From: a virus
Lineage: Duplodnaviria; Caudoviricetes
Direction: 5' to 3' (one strand)
IMG/VR virus record: IMGVR_UViG_3300038379_000303
Span: 1-36,357 of that record
Length of the DNA: 36,357 nt
Shown here: piece by piece, positions 15,032-25,015 of the stretch
Layout: the number at the start of each line of letters is the position of its first letter
Position numbering within the stretch: the first letter of the stretch is position 1
The notes under the pieces: generated by a model
The model's database searches: none
Seen by the model: the letters and a program-made list of their open reading frames with translations, nothing else
Told to the model about the DNA's origin: nothing
Program-made: the position numbers and the translations under genes

Positions 15032-16922
15032 TTCTTACGACTACGACATCAACGTTATTCCGTCGGGTGTAATTGATACTGCGTACCCGTACTACAACCT
15101 TATTGGGACGCAGGCAAATTCGCTCGCTCAGACCCTGTTCGAGGGCCAGCTACAGGCTCAGTCACAGGCGTTGCAAGCTTGGGCAGCGAACCGGCAGGCA
15201 CAAGCATCGGAGTATGGAGCTGGTGCCGCTGCTCAGGCCGCCGTCTATGGGGCGAATCGCAGTTATGACGCCGCGATTGCGCAGGTAAACGGACAGCTGA
15301 TGGCGAACCGTGCCAGCATTCAGGGCAATCTGGTGCAAGCCGCGATGGGTGATATCAACGCTGCTCGGTCGCTGAACGCGCAGTTCCAGATGCAGGCCCA
15401 GCTCGAGAATAACCGGCAGCGGCTTGAGGTCGCACGGATGTACGGCTCAGGCGAAATCTATGACGCAATCGCTGGGCGCATGTACGCACAGGGCATGGGG
15501 GCTTCGCCTGCGACGGCAGGGTCATCGTTTGCGGCGGGTCCGTTGCGAGATATCGTCGCGCCGCAGGTGACAGCGATGAGCATTGATGAGGCGCTCAAGT
15601 ACATGCCAAAAGAACAGAGCGTTCAGGCTACAACGGCGCAAGCTCCGACTATAGGTGTCCCTGGTGGTGGCGGCGGCGGCGCACCGATGCCAACGTTCAA
15701 CGTGGGTGACATCAACAGGATGTACGAGGACGCCTACAGGACGGTCACGGGCGCAATGCCCGATCTCTTCACCGATACCCGAACGCCGGAGGCGACGACC
15801 ACTGCGCCGGTTCCGATGGCTGAAGGTGGTACCGTGCGGGCGCCGGTAGTGCCCCCTATCACGTGGAACGATCCCCCTCCTAACGTTGACCCCGACGCAG
15901 TTCGCAGACAATGGAATATGGGCGTTGCGCAGCCATTCAGACCCGTTGCTATCGATCCTGAGGTACTTCGAAGACAATTGAGTATGAGTATGGACGTTGC
16001 ACAGCCATACAAACGGTATAGCCTCCCTCGTCCAAGTCCTGTTGTCCGGCTGCCATACAAAGTTAACGGCCTCGGTGTCCCTTTCACGCCGCCGTGGCCA
16101 CGGCGGCAGGCGCTCGTTCCTACTCCGGTCATGAAAAAGCTGCTTGCAGGGAGCGCGACAAGGCTACCACTTCCACAGTTTGAGAAGGGTGGGACGGTAC
16201 CGTCTGGCGCACAGAACTTCAGGCGGCGACGGTGGATCGTTGGTGAGCGAGAGCCTGAGGTTGAAATGCAGACTCCTCATGGCACGTTCGTAGCTCCGTT
16301 CAGAAACTACGGCGCTTATCAAGCAAAGATTGTAGGGGCGAACGGGCCAGAGCTACGGCAGCAAGGTCCCGATGGAAGGACATTTGGAAAACCCCTGCTC
16401 GCCGCTGACGGTGCTACTGTGTCGGGGCCTTTTGGATTTGGGTCCGGTGGTGACAGCCTAGATGCCTACAGGCGCTTCTATAACACTGCCTTTGGTCGTG
16501 GGTTTGGTAGGCGGGGGCAGCGTTCCGGGACGGCTGCAGCAATTGATTCCGGCAAAGAGGAGAAGACGGTTAACCCGTTCGACGCCTCAAGCACCGCTGA
16601 GTCCGAGCCTCCGGCGGCACCGCTGGCGGATATGAACAACATCGCTGCGCTGCAGTTTGCGAGGGGCAAGCAGGCGCGGAGCATCTGGGATCTTGGCCAG
16701 ATGGGTCGGAGTGAGCTAGGCATCTCAGGATTCCAGAATCCCTTTGACGTGGCCGGACGGTTCAACACATGGAGTCCTCAAGTCCAGAAGGACTATCTGG
16801 GGATGCTCAGGTCGTTGTACCAGATACCGGAAGAGCAGGCGCTCTGGATGATCGGTCAGGCGTTGCCCGGTCGACGCAATTTTGAGCGACAGGCAATGAA
16901 CGTCTACGCGTCAGGAGGATAA
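15015..16922 (+). CDS. Putative internal virion / DNA ejection protein (635 aa)
   Basis: Ala/Gln/Gly-rich helical N-terminus; repeated xxGG/GATV motifs with VGE.EPE; AGGGAG upstream. Confidence 0.55.
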   Translation: MVQESDSYDYDINVIPSGVIDTAYPYYNLIGTQANSLAQTLFEGQLQAQSQALQAWAANRQAQASEYGAGAAAQAAVYGANRSYDAAIAQVNGQLMANRASIQGNLVQAAMGDINAARSLNAQFQMQAQLENNRQRLEVARMYGSGEIYDAIAGRMYAQGMGASPATAGSSFAAGPLRDIVAPQVTAMSIDEALKYMPKEQSVQATTAQAPTIGVPGGGGGGAPMPTFNVGDINRMYEDAYRTVTGAMPDLFTDTRTPEATTTAPVPMAEGGTVRAPVVPPITWNDPPPNVDPDAVRRQWNMGVAQPFRPVAIDPEVLRRQLSMSMDVAQPYKRYSLPRPSPVVRLPYKVNGLGVPFTPPWPRRQALVPTPVMKKLLAGSATRLPLPQFEKGGTVPSGAQNFRRRRWIVGEREPEVEMQTPHGTFVAPFRNYGAYQAKIVGANGPELRQQGPDGRTFGKPLLAADGATVSGPFGFGSGGDSLDAYRRFYNTAFGRGFGRRGQRSGTAAAIDSGKEEKTVNPFDASSTAESEPPAAPLADMNNIAALQFARGKQARSIWDLGQMGRSELGISGFQNPFDVAGRFNTWSPQVQKDYLGMLRSLYQIPEEQALWMIGQALPGRRNFERQAMNVYASGG

Positions 16923-16927
16923 GCAGA

Positions 16928-19900
16928 GTGCTGCTTGCGGGCGGCTTTCAGACTGAAGAAGAGAGAACTGAGCGAGAAGTAGAGCGCTTTAAGCGGCGCT
17001 CTCATGCTTTCACGCCACCGTCGATGGCGGAGTACGCCATGACGAAAGACACGATCAAGCGGCTTGCTGGTACACAGCAGTTTACGTCGATGGCGGCGCA
17101 ACACCTCGATCAGGTAATGCGTCAACGTAGTCGGCATGACTACTTGATGGAACAGCAGCGGATCACTCGAGAGTTGCTCAACCTCTCCAGCAAGCGTCCG
17201 TTGGATTTGAGCGGTGCACCTACGTATCCGATGCCTCTGAATCCAGCTGGCCCCGCGAAGCTTGCTCCTGCATCACCGTCACAAGTCATACGGGTAAATG
17301 GACGATGGGTTGATACTAATCTCAATGAGGTCGAACCAAACCGTAACTATCGCATCTTGTCTGGCGGTTTCGCAGATGACGCGATCGAGGAAGCGCGTCG
17401 GCATATTCGTGATACCGAAGAAGAGAAGGCTGCGTTCTTTCAGAAGGTTTACGAGCACACCAATGGTGAGCTGTTTCGCCAGCAGGCGGAGATGTTGCTA
17501 CTGCCAGGTCAACTTGGCAATCTCGCGAACGTAATATCACCGACGAACGATCCGCCTGAAGTCGCACACATCAAGCGTAACTGGTACGCACAGCTGGATG
17601 GCGACGTCACAGCTGAGCGCCTCGAGCAGTATCTGCGCGCAGGGAAACCAATGGTAAACAAACCGTGGGAAGGTCCCCATCTGACGTCTGTACGAGAGGA
17701 GAGTGATCGACAGCTCTTTTCACGGGGCATCAAAGGGATGCCAGCTAACGTGACATCTCACGACTGGGACGATCTAACTCGGTTACGACGGTTCGAGTTC
17801 CAGCGACAGTGGAATGAGCAGGGCGAGCAGGGAGAAAACTTCCGGCAACTGGCACAAACGCTCGTGGACCCGAAGAAGCTGGCGTGGCTCTTAGATGCCG
17901 AGATTCCCTGGTATGCGGGGGTAGCAGAGTTTGCATTCTCGCCTTTCCTATGGGACGCAGAGAAGATAACCGAAGCTGGCCAGTTTCTTGATAAGCAAAC
18001 AGGTCTGCCCATACCGGTGTTCTCCCATACCGCTCGATTCCAAAACGCTGTTGGTTCTCCTGCGGGACTGCTTGGGCTGATACCAACTGTACTCACAGGC
18101 GGAACGACCGGTGTAGCAATAGAGCTAGGCGCTACCTACTACGCCGGGCTTGCCGGCCTAACGATTGAGCAAACAACTGGGGCGAAGCACGTCCGGTCGA
18201 GCGCCGAGATTGCTGCTGGCGTCGCTTCAGGGATGTTCTACGGAAGCAAAATTGCCGATGTTGCCTTGACAGATGTGCCTGAGGGCCAGATGGTGGCTCG
18301 CCTACCGAAGCTTGAAGATGTGATTACCACGATACGTGCGTCAGCTGACGATGACGAGGGAGCGCGAGCGGTGCTAAACGGGCTTGGTCGAACACTTGGT
18401 GTGGACCGGACGGCAGGCGTCACCGATCCCGCGATCGTCATAGCGGTAGCCGGACAAGTGCAAGGGAGGACGGCTCACACGATTGCGGAGACAGCGTTGC
18501 AGATCGCTAGCGATCCCTATGTGCGGCAAGGGCGATCCTCGCCATTCCGCAACATGTCGGCTGACGGGATGATCGATCTCGTTGATCGCGAATCAGGGGA
18601 GCTGACGCGGTTATCGTGGGTAGACCTGGTGATGGACCCAAAGGTAGAGCGGTATGACCGCATGCTGTCAGCAGACGAAAAGGGCTGGATTACGAGTATG
18701 CGCCAGCTGCTCAACGACACTAACCAAGCTGTCGCAGAGTATGCAGACATGCACGGAGGTGCAACTTCAATCAGACCACACACAGTTCAGGAAATTAGCG
18801 AGGCACTCTCCATCAAGCCTGTTGGCTATACAGACGACGGGGTTGCGGTCTTTTCGAGCTACGAAGATGCCCCGCACCTTCAGGGTTCAGCAAAGATCAT
18901 TGAGGAGATGGTCACTCAGCAGGATGTGAACGTGGCTGCAAGCCCACGGTCCGTCGTCTTGGCCTACGTCATGTCGCGCTTCCAGCAGATGGCCGCTTCA
19001 GATATGGGCAGAGTGCTTGACAGCTTTGGTCACTCAACCCGTGAGGTGCTGCGGTTATGGGGCAGTGATACGCCACGCCTGTTAGACGAAGCGGAAGCTG
19101 AGCTAGATCGCCTACTGAAAGAAGCGCTGGAACAGGCCGAGTCCAACCGGCAGGTTGGGAAGGGGCCATCATATGGAATGCTGAAAAAGAGTCCCAAGAT
19201 TCGGGAAGCGAAGGCGCGGATAAGAGCGCTACGCGCTCGTCTAAAGGAAGAAGCAGATGAGCTAGCGGGCGAGGAACACCCCTTCAATATGAACGAAGCG
19301 CTTGCGCGTGGCGACGCTGCGTGGGCTACCAACATGATCCGGAAGGTGGAGCAGGCTCGAGATTTGTTACTGGAAATGTCAGGCCGTCCACGAGGTGGTG
19401 CAAGTTCAGCTGTCTCTGAAGAGAGTCCATTACCGCCGACGGGAGAGTCGGGATCGGCAGCGGTACGGCCACCTGTTGCTGACGTAGAGCCTGTTTCTGC
19501 TGAAGCGCAGCCTCTGAAACCTACATTCAGTCCGATAGTCGAGGAAGGCGAGGAAGCGGTATCGGTTACCGACAAGGTTGATGACAACCTAACCCTGGGG
19601 CTATCGAATGAGGGCGATACCACGGTTGATGCAGTGCAACCGCAGCAGGGGACAGCACCAGTGGAGGAGGCACCCAATCTCGCACCAGGGCCAGACGCAG
19701 ACGCGGTCGATACGCTTGTTCGTGAGCTAACGCGGCATCATGCGGAACAGGCCAAGATTGCCAGAGGTGGTGAGCGAACCCTTGAGCATCTTCTCCCGCC
19801 TCATGGTGATGAGCGACAACACCAAATTTGGGTTCACAACGAGAAGGTCCGGATACTACATGAACAAGGTAGCTCGCGCATCATCGCTGTGCCGGTAAAG

Positions 19901-22900
19901 GATGACCCGTCCAATGGAGTGATGCTTGTAGAGGAGTGGACTACGGTTGAAGGTATCACCTTCCGTCGCTACGTCTTCCAGCGGAGCCATCCGATTCTAG
20001 TACCAACGCCAAAGAAGCCCAACAAGCCCAAGCTAAGGGATGACGAGACGGAGTTTCCCTGGTGGCAGCAGGTTGACCAATTCCCCGAGCAACCAGCAGC
20101 GGCGGTCACATACGACCGGTACGATATTCCCCGCTGGTTTCAGGTAATTACCGAGAAGACGGCAGATGGCACGTGGGTGTTGCGTGAACGGTTTGACCTA
20201 CCGGACGGGAAGACGTTGTATGGTGTTCCGCATCTGCGCCGGCCGAGGGTGGGTCCACCAGAACGACCGCTTCACAAGCAGACATATGTCCCAAGTGAGA
20301 CAGGCACGAAGAGCTGGCCGAGTGCATTAAGACGCTATTACGGAAGCGAGTATGGTGAGAAGTTCCTGAACGCTATGATTCCGGCTGGCACCGATGACCC
20401 GTTGGTTGTTGCGATGACAGCGTTGGGCAAGAAGGGGCTGGCGGGACAGGCTGGCGACGACGTAATCGAACAGCTGCGCCGGAACGTCGGCAAACTGGTA
20501 ACGTCCGCCGTGGGGCCACAGCAGGTGCCACCAATAGCTGCCGCGCAAGCGAAGAGGACTGGTTTCTTTAGCAAGTTTGGTGGACCGAAGTCCGTGCTGG
20601 ATCGTTGGCGTCAGAACCGCACCTCCCGCTGGCGGACCAATGCGTACACGAAGAAGGATATGGCAAAGGCTGCGCTTGCCAATCGATTCATTGGACACGG
20701 GTCCGGAGATAGCTACACAGAGATGTATGCACAAGCCTCGGGAGCAGCTCTTGTGCCTGACAGAGCGGCTGCTGCAGCTGACCCTTTCAAGTCAACCGAT
20801 ATTGTGATGGTCTCTGCAGAGGGCGCTCGCCGTGGACGTTATCCAGTAGTCGATAAGGCTGGAAACCTAACGCAACGCTATAGCGCGTTGCAGGACGCAG
20901 TAGACGCAAAGGCCACGATCGTTGCCGACAACCTTGCTGACCGATCTCGCAGGTATAACGTAGGGGAACGTGAGCTAGCCACCTGGCTTAACAAGGCCGG
21001 CTACGCAGAGATCCTCGACTGGAAGGGTGAGGGAACGGGTGTCTGGCGACCGAAGAACCTTGTGAAGCCAGGGGGTGCGAATCCCGCTGCGCCACCGAAG
21101 GGCGAGCGATTGCCGTGGCAACGGGTATGGCAACCAGAAGATGCACGCGGTGTTCTTGAGAGACCGCCCGCGCCACCTGAGCGGTTGCAGCTTGCAAACG
21201 AAACAGCAGAAGAAGCGGTCACGGGTGCAGATGACGTTGTGCCTACGGTGGATACGACTCCGTCGGTTCGGCCAAGTGCGGCTGTCGCAGAGCCAGCTGG
21301 CCCTGAGCCACAAGGTAACGTTACCTACTTGAGTCCCAAGTATCTTGCACCAGTGAAGATCGGTGGCGTTATCTACCGGAGCGCTGATCACGCGTATCAG
21401 GCGATGCGAACGCTCAGCAAGAAGGCGCGTGCAAGCGTCAGAGCTGGCAAGACAGTTGAAGACGCCCGGGAGCGCGCAGCGAAAGCTACGGTTCGCAAGG
21501 ATTGGGACGAGGTTAAAGACGAGGTCTTGTATGAAGTCACCCTCGCGAAGTTCACCCAGAACCCGGAACTTGCTGACGAGCTGATCAGGACTGGCAATCG
21601 CGCACTGGTTCACGGCGGCGCAGATGCGCAGGAAATCTACCCTGAGAATGCGGTCGGTAGGACGCTGATGCGGGTGCGGGACAAGCTTATTGCCGAGCGG
21701 CAGGCACAACAGGCGGCAGAGCGAAAAGTTGCACAAGAAGCTGGGACGCCAGCTACATCTCAGAAACCGCTATTGAGCGCCGAGTCTGCAAAGAAGGTGA
21801 CAGCACCTGACGTGCGAGCTGGTGTGAATCCCAACGTGGGTAACCTTCGGAAGGGCGCCGGTCCATTCGCGCCTCCTGCAGACGCTGTGGACGTAAGTCG
21901 GCGAGGTGGCCGATATCCAAGAGGATGGGGGAACCCATACCGGATTGCACCTGACGATCTGCATGGCCGGTATGAAGCGATCGCTGCGTACGAGCGAGAC
22001 ATCATTAGTGACCTACTAACAGGCAAGTTGAAGATATCGTCGATCGATGAGCTTCGGGGGAAGCATCTTGCTGACTGGTGTGCGCCGGAGGCTTGCCATG
22101 GAGACGTTCTTGCTCGACTTGCGCGGTACCCTGAAGAGATCACAGATGAACGGGCGCTTGTTGTCTGGTACCTAGAACAGGACTTTAATGACGCGTTCGC
22201 AGCGTCCGCCCGTGATGGGTTCTATCAGCATCGCACACGGTTGAGGGACTACGTCTGGCGAGCAGAGCGTGCCGCTAGCGAAGCGCGTCGCGCACGAGGT
22301 GCTGCAGGAGAACAGGTCGTTCATACGCCACGTAGCCGGACTGTTGCGGAGATCGAAGCGCGAGAGCTTGGGCCTTCCGGTGAAAGAGGTGCGTCTGAGA
22401 GTCTGGCCGCATTTACAACAAAGGCTGATGCCGCACTACCGGAAGAGGGGGTTGATGACGCTTTCACAGCGGCTGCACCGGAGGACCTGCCTGACATTGA
22501 TGACATGGATGTTAGTGGGCTTGGTAGTGGTGGTGGCATTGGTGGGGATGATGCTTACTTCTGGGTGGTTGACCCACACGAAATCCACGATCGTGCGGAG
22601 CAGATGATCTCAGCCCTGAGGGGCGTGATCAAGGCAGCACGTGAGAACACAGAGACTGGCGCGAACCTCGAATCTATGTTCAAGAAGGCGGGAGCGGAAG
22701 GTTGGGTTGGGGAAGGGACGAAAGGGTTGCGGCTGAGCACGACGGACAAGGCTCAAGCGTTCGTTCCTACGGTGTTGGTTGAAGGGCTAGAAAAAGCTGC
22801 AAAGCAGGCAGGTGGTTCGGAAGGTGCAGCGGGAACGGTATTTGGTCTAGCAGAGTGGGTGGCGAACGTTGGCCGTGGTATCTCTGCTGCGTTTGACGTT

Positions 22901-25015
22901 GCTGCGCCTTTTGTGCATGGCCTTCCATCTTTGGCGATCTCGCCCGGGGGATGGGCCAGAGCAACAGTGACACACTACCGGGCGCTATTTGATCCGAGGG
23001 TGCAGGCGCGGTACATCCGCCAGAACATTGACACGATTAACAAGATGATAACGGACGGGAACGTCCCCATCGGTGATGTGGAATTCTTCAACTTCCTCCG
23101 TGGTGGTGGGGAGTCACTAGGACCTACACCTGGTCTGGCCGCTATTTATCAGAACAAAGTGCGCGGTGTCTACGAAGTAGCGAAGCGACAAACGTTTGGA
23201 CGGTTCGCGGCTTCGTATGACACGTTCCTTACGGTGATCCGTGCTGAACTTTGGAAGTCGCTTGAGAACACGGTGACGGACCCCGTTGAACTCGGACGTT
23301 ACATTCGGAACCTGACAGGTGGTATCGATACGATCGCACTTGGCATTGGTCGAGACCAGCGTCGAATCGAGGCGTTCTGGATGGCGTTCAGTCCAAAGCT
23401 TATGAGAAGTACGCTGGCGTTGCTTGGGAACATCGTTATGCATCCAACGTCGCAGTCGGCTCGACATACTTACAGGGCGTTCAGTCAGCTGGCAGCAGGG
23501 GTCGCGGGTACCTATGTGGCGACCGGTCTTGTTTTGGGCAAGGACTGGGAAGAGATTGAGACTGGGCTGAATCCGCTGAGCGGGAAGCGGTTTCTCTCGC
23601 ATCAGATGCCGAATGGTGACTGGGTCGGTGTTGGTGGACAGTTGAGAGCAGCAGTGCAGATGATTGCTGCAACAGCGATGACGGCTGGCGGTGTGGGTGA
23701 AAGAAGGCCGACGGACTTAATGTCTCCCGATTTGCAGCGCAATCCCTTGATGCTATTTCTTGTTGGTCGTGGGGCACCTGGTAGTAACCTCACAGCGGCA
23801 ATGCTCGAGTTCGCTGCGGGGTCTACCGGAGGGGACTGGAACCTGGTACAGGATGAGAACATCGACAACGCTCCGGCGTTCATGTTTCACATGGCAAACG
23901 CCATTGTGCCGTTCACCATGCAGAGCGCTCTGGAGGGTCAGGGCCGTGGCACTGTTCTCGCTGGAGCGTTCGGTGCACGGACTGGTGCTGAGCGACCGAT
24001 CGAGAGACTGAGCAGGGATTTTAAGGAAGAATTCGGTTATCCGTTGAACGCGAAAGATGCAACGCAGTGGATGCGCGCCGATGCGATAACGGAAGAGGGC
24101 GAGGCCCAGTATCCGAAGCTGGCTGAGGACGTGGAGCGTGTTCGACGGAGTGGTGAACCGGACGTGACACAGGCCGTTCGTCTGGATATTGCGCAGGAAG
24201 GTGAGAGGCTGGCTTCGCTGGCAAATGCTGGTGACATTCACGCCAGCGTCCGCTTGGTCGACTGGCGCAGAGAGTACAGCCGTCAGATAGAAGGAGCGAT
24301 AGCATACGCTTACTTTGGTAAGGAAAGGCAGACTCCTGAAGACGCTGACAGTGAGGCCGAGCGGCTTTACCTCGAGTATACGGCTATCGTTCCGGATGAC
24401 CTGAAGTTCGAGGATCCGATAACGCACGAGATTGACTATGATCGCTTTTTCGCTGCGAAGGAAGCAAAGAAGGCTGAGCTTCCAGTATGGCTACAGGAAG
24501 TGATCGATAGGCGCAGCCAGTTTCCTGCTGATGCGCCTGCGCTACGGGAATGGGAGCGGGGCTACAAGCAAGCGCGGGAAGTATCTGATCGCTTGGCTGA
24601 CATGCCACGGTTTGCATACCCAACATCCAATGGAAGTATCACCGTGTCGCTTGAACATGAGGATGCAATGTTCCAATTTGAAGCGGAAGCGAATGTCTGG
24701 TACGACAAGGCCGTGGACCGTGATGGGCCTGACGCTCACACGAAAGCGGGCGTCTATAAGTGGTATGCCTCGCAGGGCCATGATCCAAAGGGGGTTGTCA
24801 ACCTTGCTATTGCTCACATCAAGGGCGAGCTGCTCTACCGTAAGGACCGTGGAATGCTAGCGGCCGAGCAAGCAGATTTGCTGATGAAATACTTCCCATC
24901 GGTTCTCGACGCAGCGTTGCCGAAGTCGCTTCGGCGAGACCTACACCTATTGAGTGCTGAACAAAATGAACGGTTGGAACGGATACTGTCACAACTTGAG
25001 GTGAAAACAGAATGA
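16928..25015 (+). CDS. Giant polyvalent virion/ejection protein (2695 aa) with embedded NADAR-like and DUF4326 domains
   Basis: AGGAGG upstream of GTG. Gly-rich hydrophobic segments near 18050-18250 and in the C-terminal third. NADAR motifs at ~21326-21688 and DUF4326 motifs at ~21836-22123. Confidence 0.75.
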   Translation: MLLAGGFQTEEERTEREVERFKRRSHAFTPPSMAEYAMTKDTIKRLAGTQQFTSMAAQHLDQVMRQRSRHDYLMEQQRITRELLNLSSKRPLDLSGAPTYPMPLNPAGPAKLAPASPSQVIRVNGRWVDTNLNEVEPNRNYRILSGGFADDAIEEARRHIRDTEEEKAAFFQKVYEHTNGELFRQQAEMLLLPGQLGNLANVISPTNDPPEVAHIKRNWYAQLDGDVTAERLEQYLRAGKPMVNKPWEGPHLTSVREESDRQLFSRGIKGMPANVTSHDWDDLTRLRRFEFQRQWNEQGEQGENFRQLAQTLVDPKKLAWLLDAEIPWYAGVAEFAFSPFLWDAEKITEAGQFLDKQTGLPIPVFSHTARFQNAVGSPAGLLGLIPTVLTGGTTGVAIELGATYYAGLAGLTIEQTTGAKHVRSSAEIAAGVASGMFYGSKIADVALTDVPEGQMVARLPKLEDVITTIRASADDDEGARAVLNGLGRTLGVDRTAGVTDPAIVIAVAGQVQGRTAHTIAETALQIASDPYVRQGRSSPFRNMSADGMIDLVDRESGELTRLSWVDLVMDPKVERYDRMLSADEKGWITSMRQLLNDTNQAVAEYADMHGGATSIRPHTVQEISEALSIKPVGYTDDGVAVFSSYEDAPHLQGSAKIIEEMVTQQDVNVAASPRSVVLAYVMSRFQQMAASDMGRVLDSFGHSTREVLRLWGSDTPRLLDEAEAELDRLLKEALEQAESNRQVGKGPSYGMLKKSPKIREAKARIRALRARLKEEADELAGEEHPFNMNEALARGDAAWATNMIRKVEQARDLLLEMSGRPRGGASSAVSEESPLPPTGESGSAAVRPPVADVEPVSAEAQPLKPTFSPIVEEGEEAVSVTDKVDDNLTLGLSNEGDTTVDAVQPQQGTAPVEEAPNLAPGPDADAVDTLVRELTRHHAEQAKIARGGERTLEHLLPPHGDERQHQIWVHNEKVRILHEQGSSRIIAVPVKDDPSNGVMLVEEWTTVEGITFRRYVFQRSHPILVPTPKKPNKPKLRDDETEFPWWQQVDQFPEQPAAAVTYDRYDIPRWFQVITEKTADGTWVLRERFDLPDGKTLYGVPHLRRPRVGPPERPLHKQTYVPSETGTKSWPSALRRYYGSEYGEKFLNAMIPAGTDDPLVVAMTALGKKGLAGQAGDDVIEQLRRNVGKLVTSAVGPQQVPPIAAAQAKRTGFFSKFGGPKSVLDRWRQNRTSRWRTNAYTKKDMAKAALANRFIGHGSGDSYTEMYAQASGAALVPDRAAAAADPFKSTDIVMVSAEGARRGRYPVVDKAGNLTQRYSALQDAVDAKATIVADNLADRSRRYNVGERELATWLNKAGYAEILDWKGEGTGVWRPKNLVKPGGANPAAPPKGERLPWQRVWQPEDARGVLERPPAPPERLQLANETAEEAVTGADDVVPTVDTTPSVRPSAAVAEPAGPEPQGNVTYLSPKYLAPVKIGGVIYRSADHAYQAMRTLSKKARASVRAGKTVEDARERAAKATVRKDWDEVKDEVLYEVTLAKFTQNPELADELIRTGNRALVHGGADAQEIYPENAVGRTLMRVRDKLIAERQAQQAAERKVAQEAGTPATSQKPLLSAESAKKVTAPDVRAGVNPNVGNLRKGAGPFAPPADAVDVSRRGGRYPRGWGNPYRIAPDDLHGRYEAIAAYERDIISDLLTGKLKISSIDELRGKHLADWCAPEACHGDVLARLARYPEEITDERALVVWYLEQDFNDAFAASARDGFYQHRTRLRDYVWRAERAASEARRARGAAGEQVVHTPRSRTVAEIEARELGPSGERGASESLAAFTTKADAALPEEGVDDAFTAAAPEDLPDIDDMDVSGLGSGGGIGGDDAYFWVVDPHEIHDRAEQMISALRGVIKAARENTETGANLESMFKKAGAEGWVGEGTKGLRLSTTDKAQAFVPTVLVEGLEKAAKQAGGSEGAAGTVFGLAEWVANVGRGISAAFDVAAPFVHGLPSLAISPGGWARATVTHYRALFDPRVQARYIRQNIDTINKMITDGNVPIGDVEFFNFLRGGGESLGPTPGLAAIYQNKVRGVYEVAKRQTFGRFAASYDTFLTVIRAELWKSLENTVTDPVELGRYIRNLTGGIDTIALGIGRDQRRIEAFWMAFSPKLMRSTLALLGNIVMHPTSQSARHTYRAFSQLAAGVAGTYVATGLVLGKDWEEIETGLNPLSGKRFLSHQMPNGDWVGVGGQLRAAVQMIAATAMTAGGVGERRPTDLMSPDLQRNPLMLFLVGRGAPGSNLTAAMLEFAAGSTGGDWNLVQDENIDNAPAFMFHMANAIVPFTMQSALEGQGRGTVLAGAFGARTGAERPIERLSRDFKEEFGYPLNAKDATQWMRADAITEEGEAQYPKLAEDVERVRRSGEPDVTQAVRLDIAQEGERLASLANAGDIHASVRLVDWRREYSRQIEGAIAYAYFGKERQTPEDADSEAERLYLEYTAIVPDDLKFEDPITHEIDYDRFFAAKEAKKAELPVWLQEVIDRRSQFPADAPALREWERGYKQAREVSDRLADMPRFAYPTSNGSITVSLEHEDAMFQFEAEANVWYDKAVDRDGPDAHTKAGVYKWYASQGHDPKGVVNLAIAHIKGELLYRKDRGMLAAEQADLLMKYFPSVLDAALPKSLRRDLHLLSAEQNERLERILSQLEVKTE

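Noticed and set aside
15015-16922. Siphovirus tape measure protein
   Set aside because: No tail tube, assembly chaperone or baseplate genes are recognisable, and the gene lies before the capsid gene.
16928-25015. Virion RNA polymerase (N4- or crAss-like), suggested by size and the GAA hairpins
   Set aside because: I found no DxDGD/DFDID or single-subunit RNAP motifs by eye. A structure search would be needed to exclude it fully.
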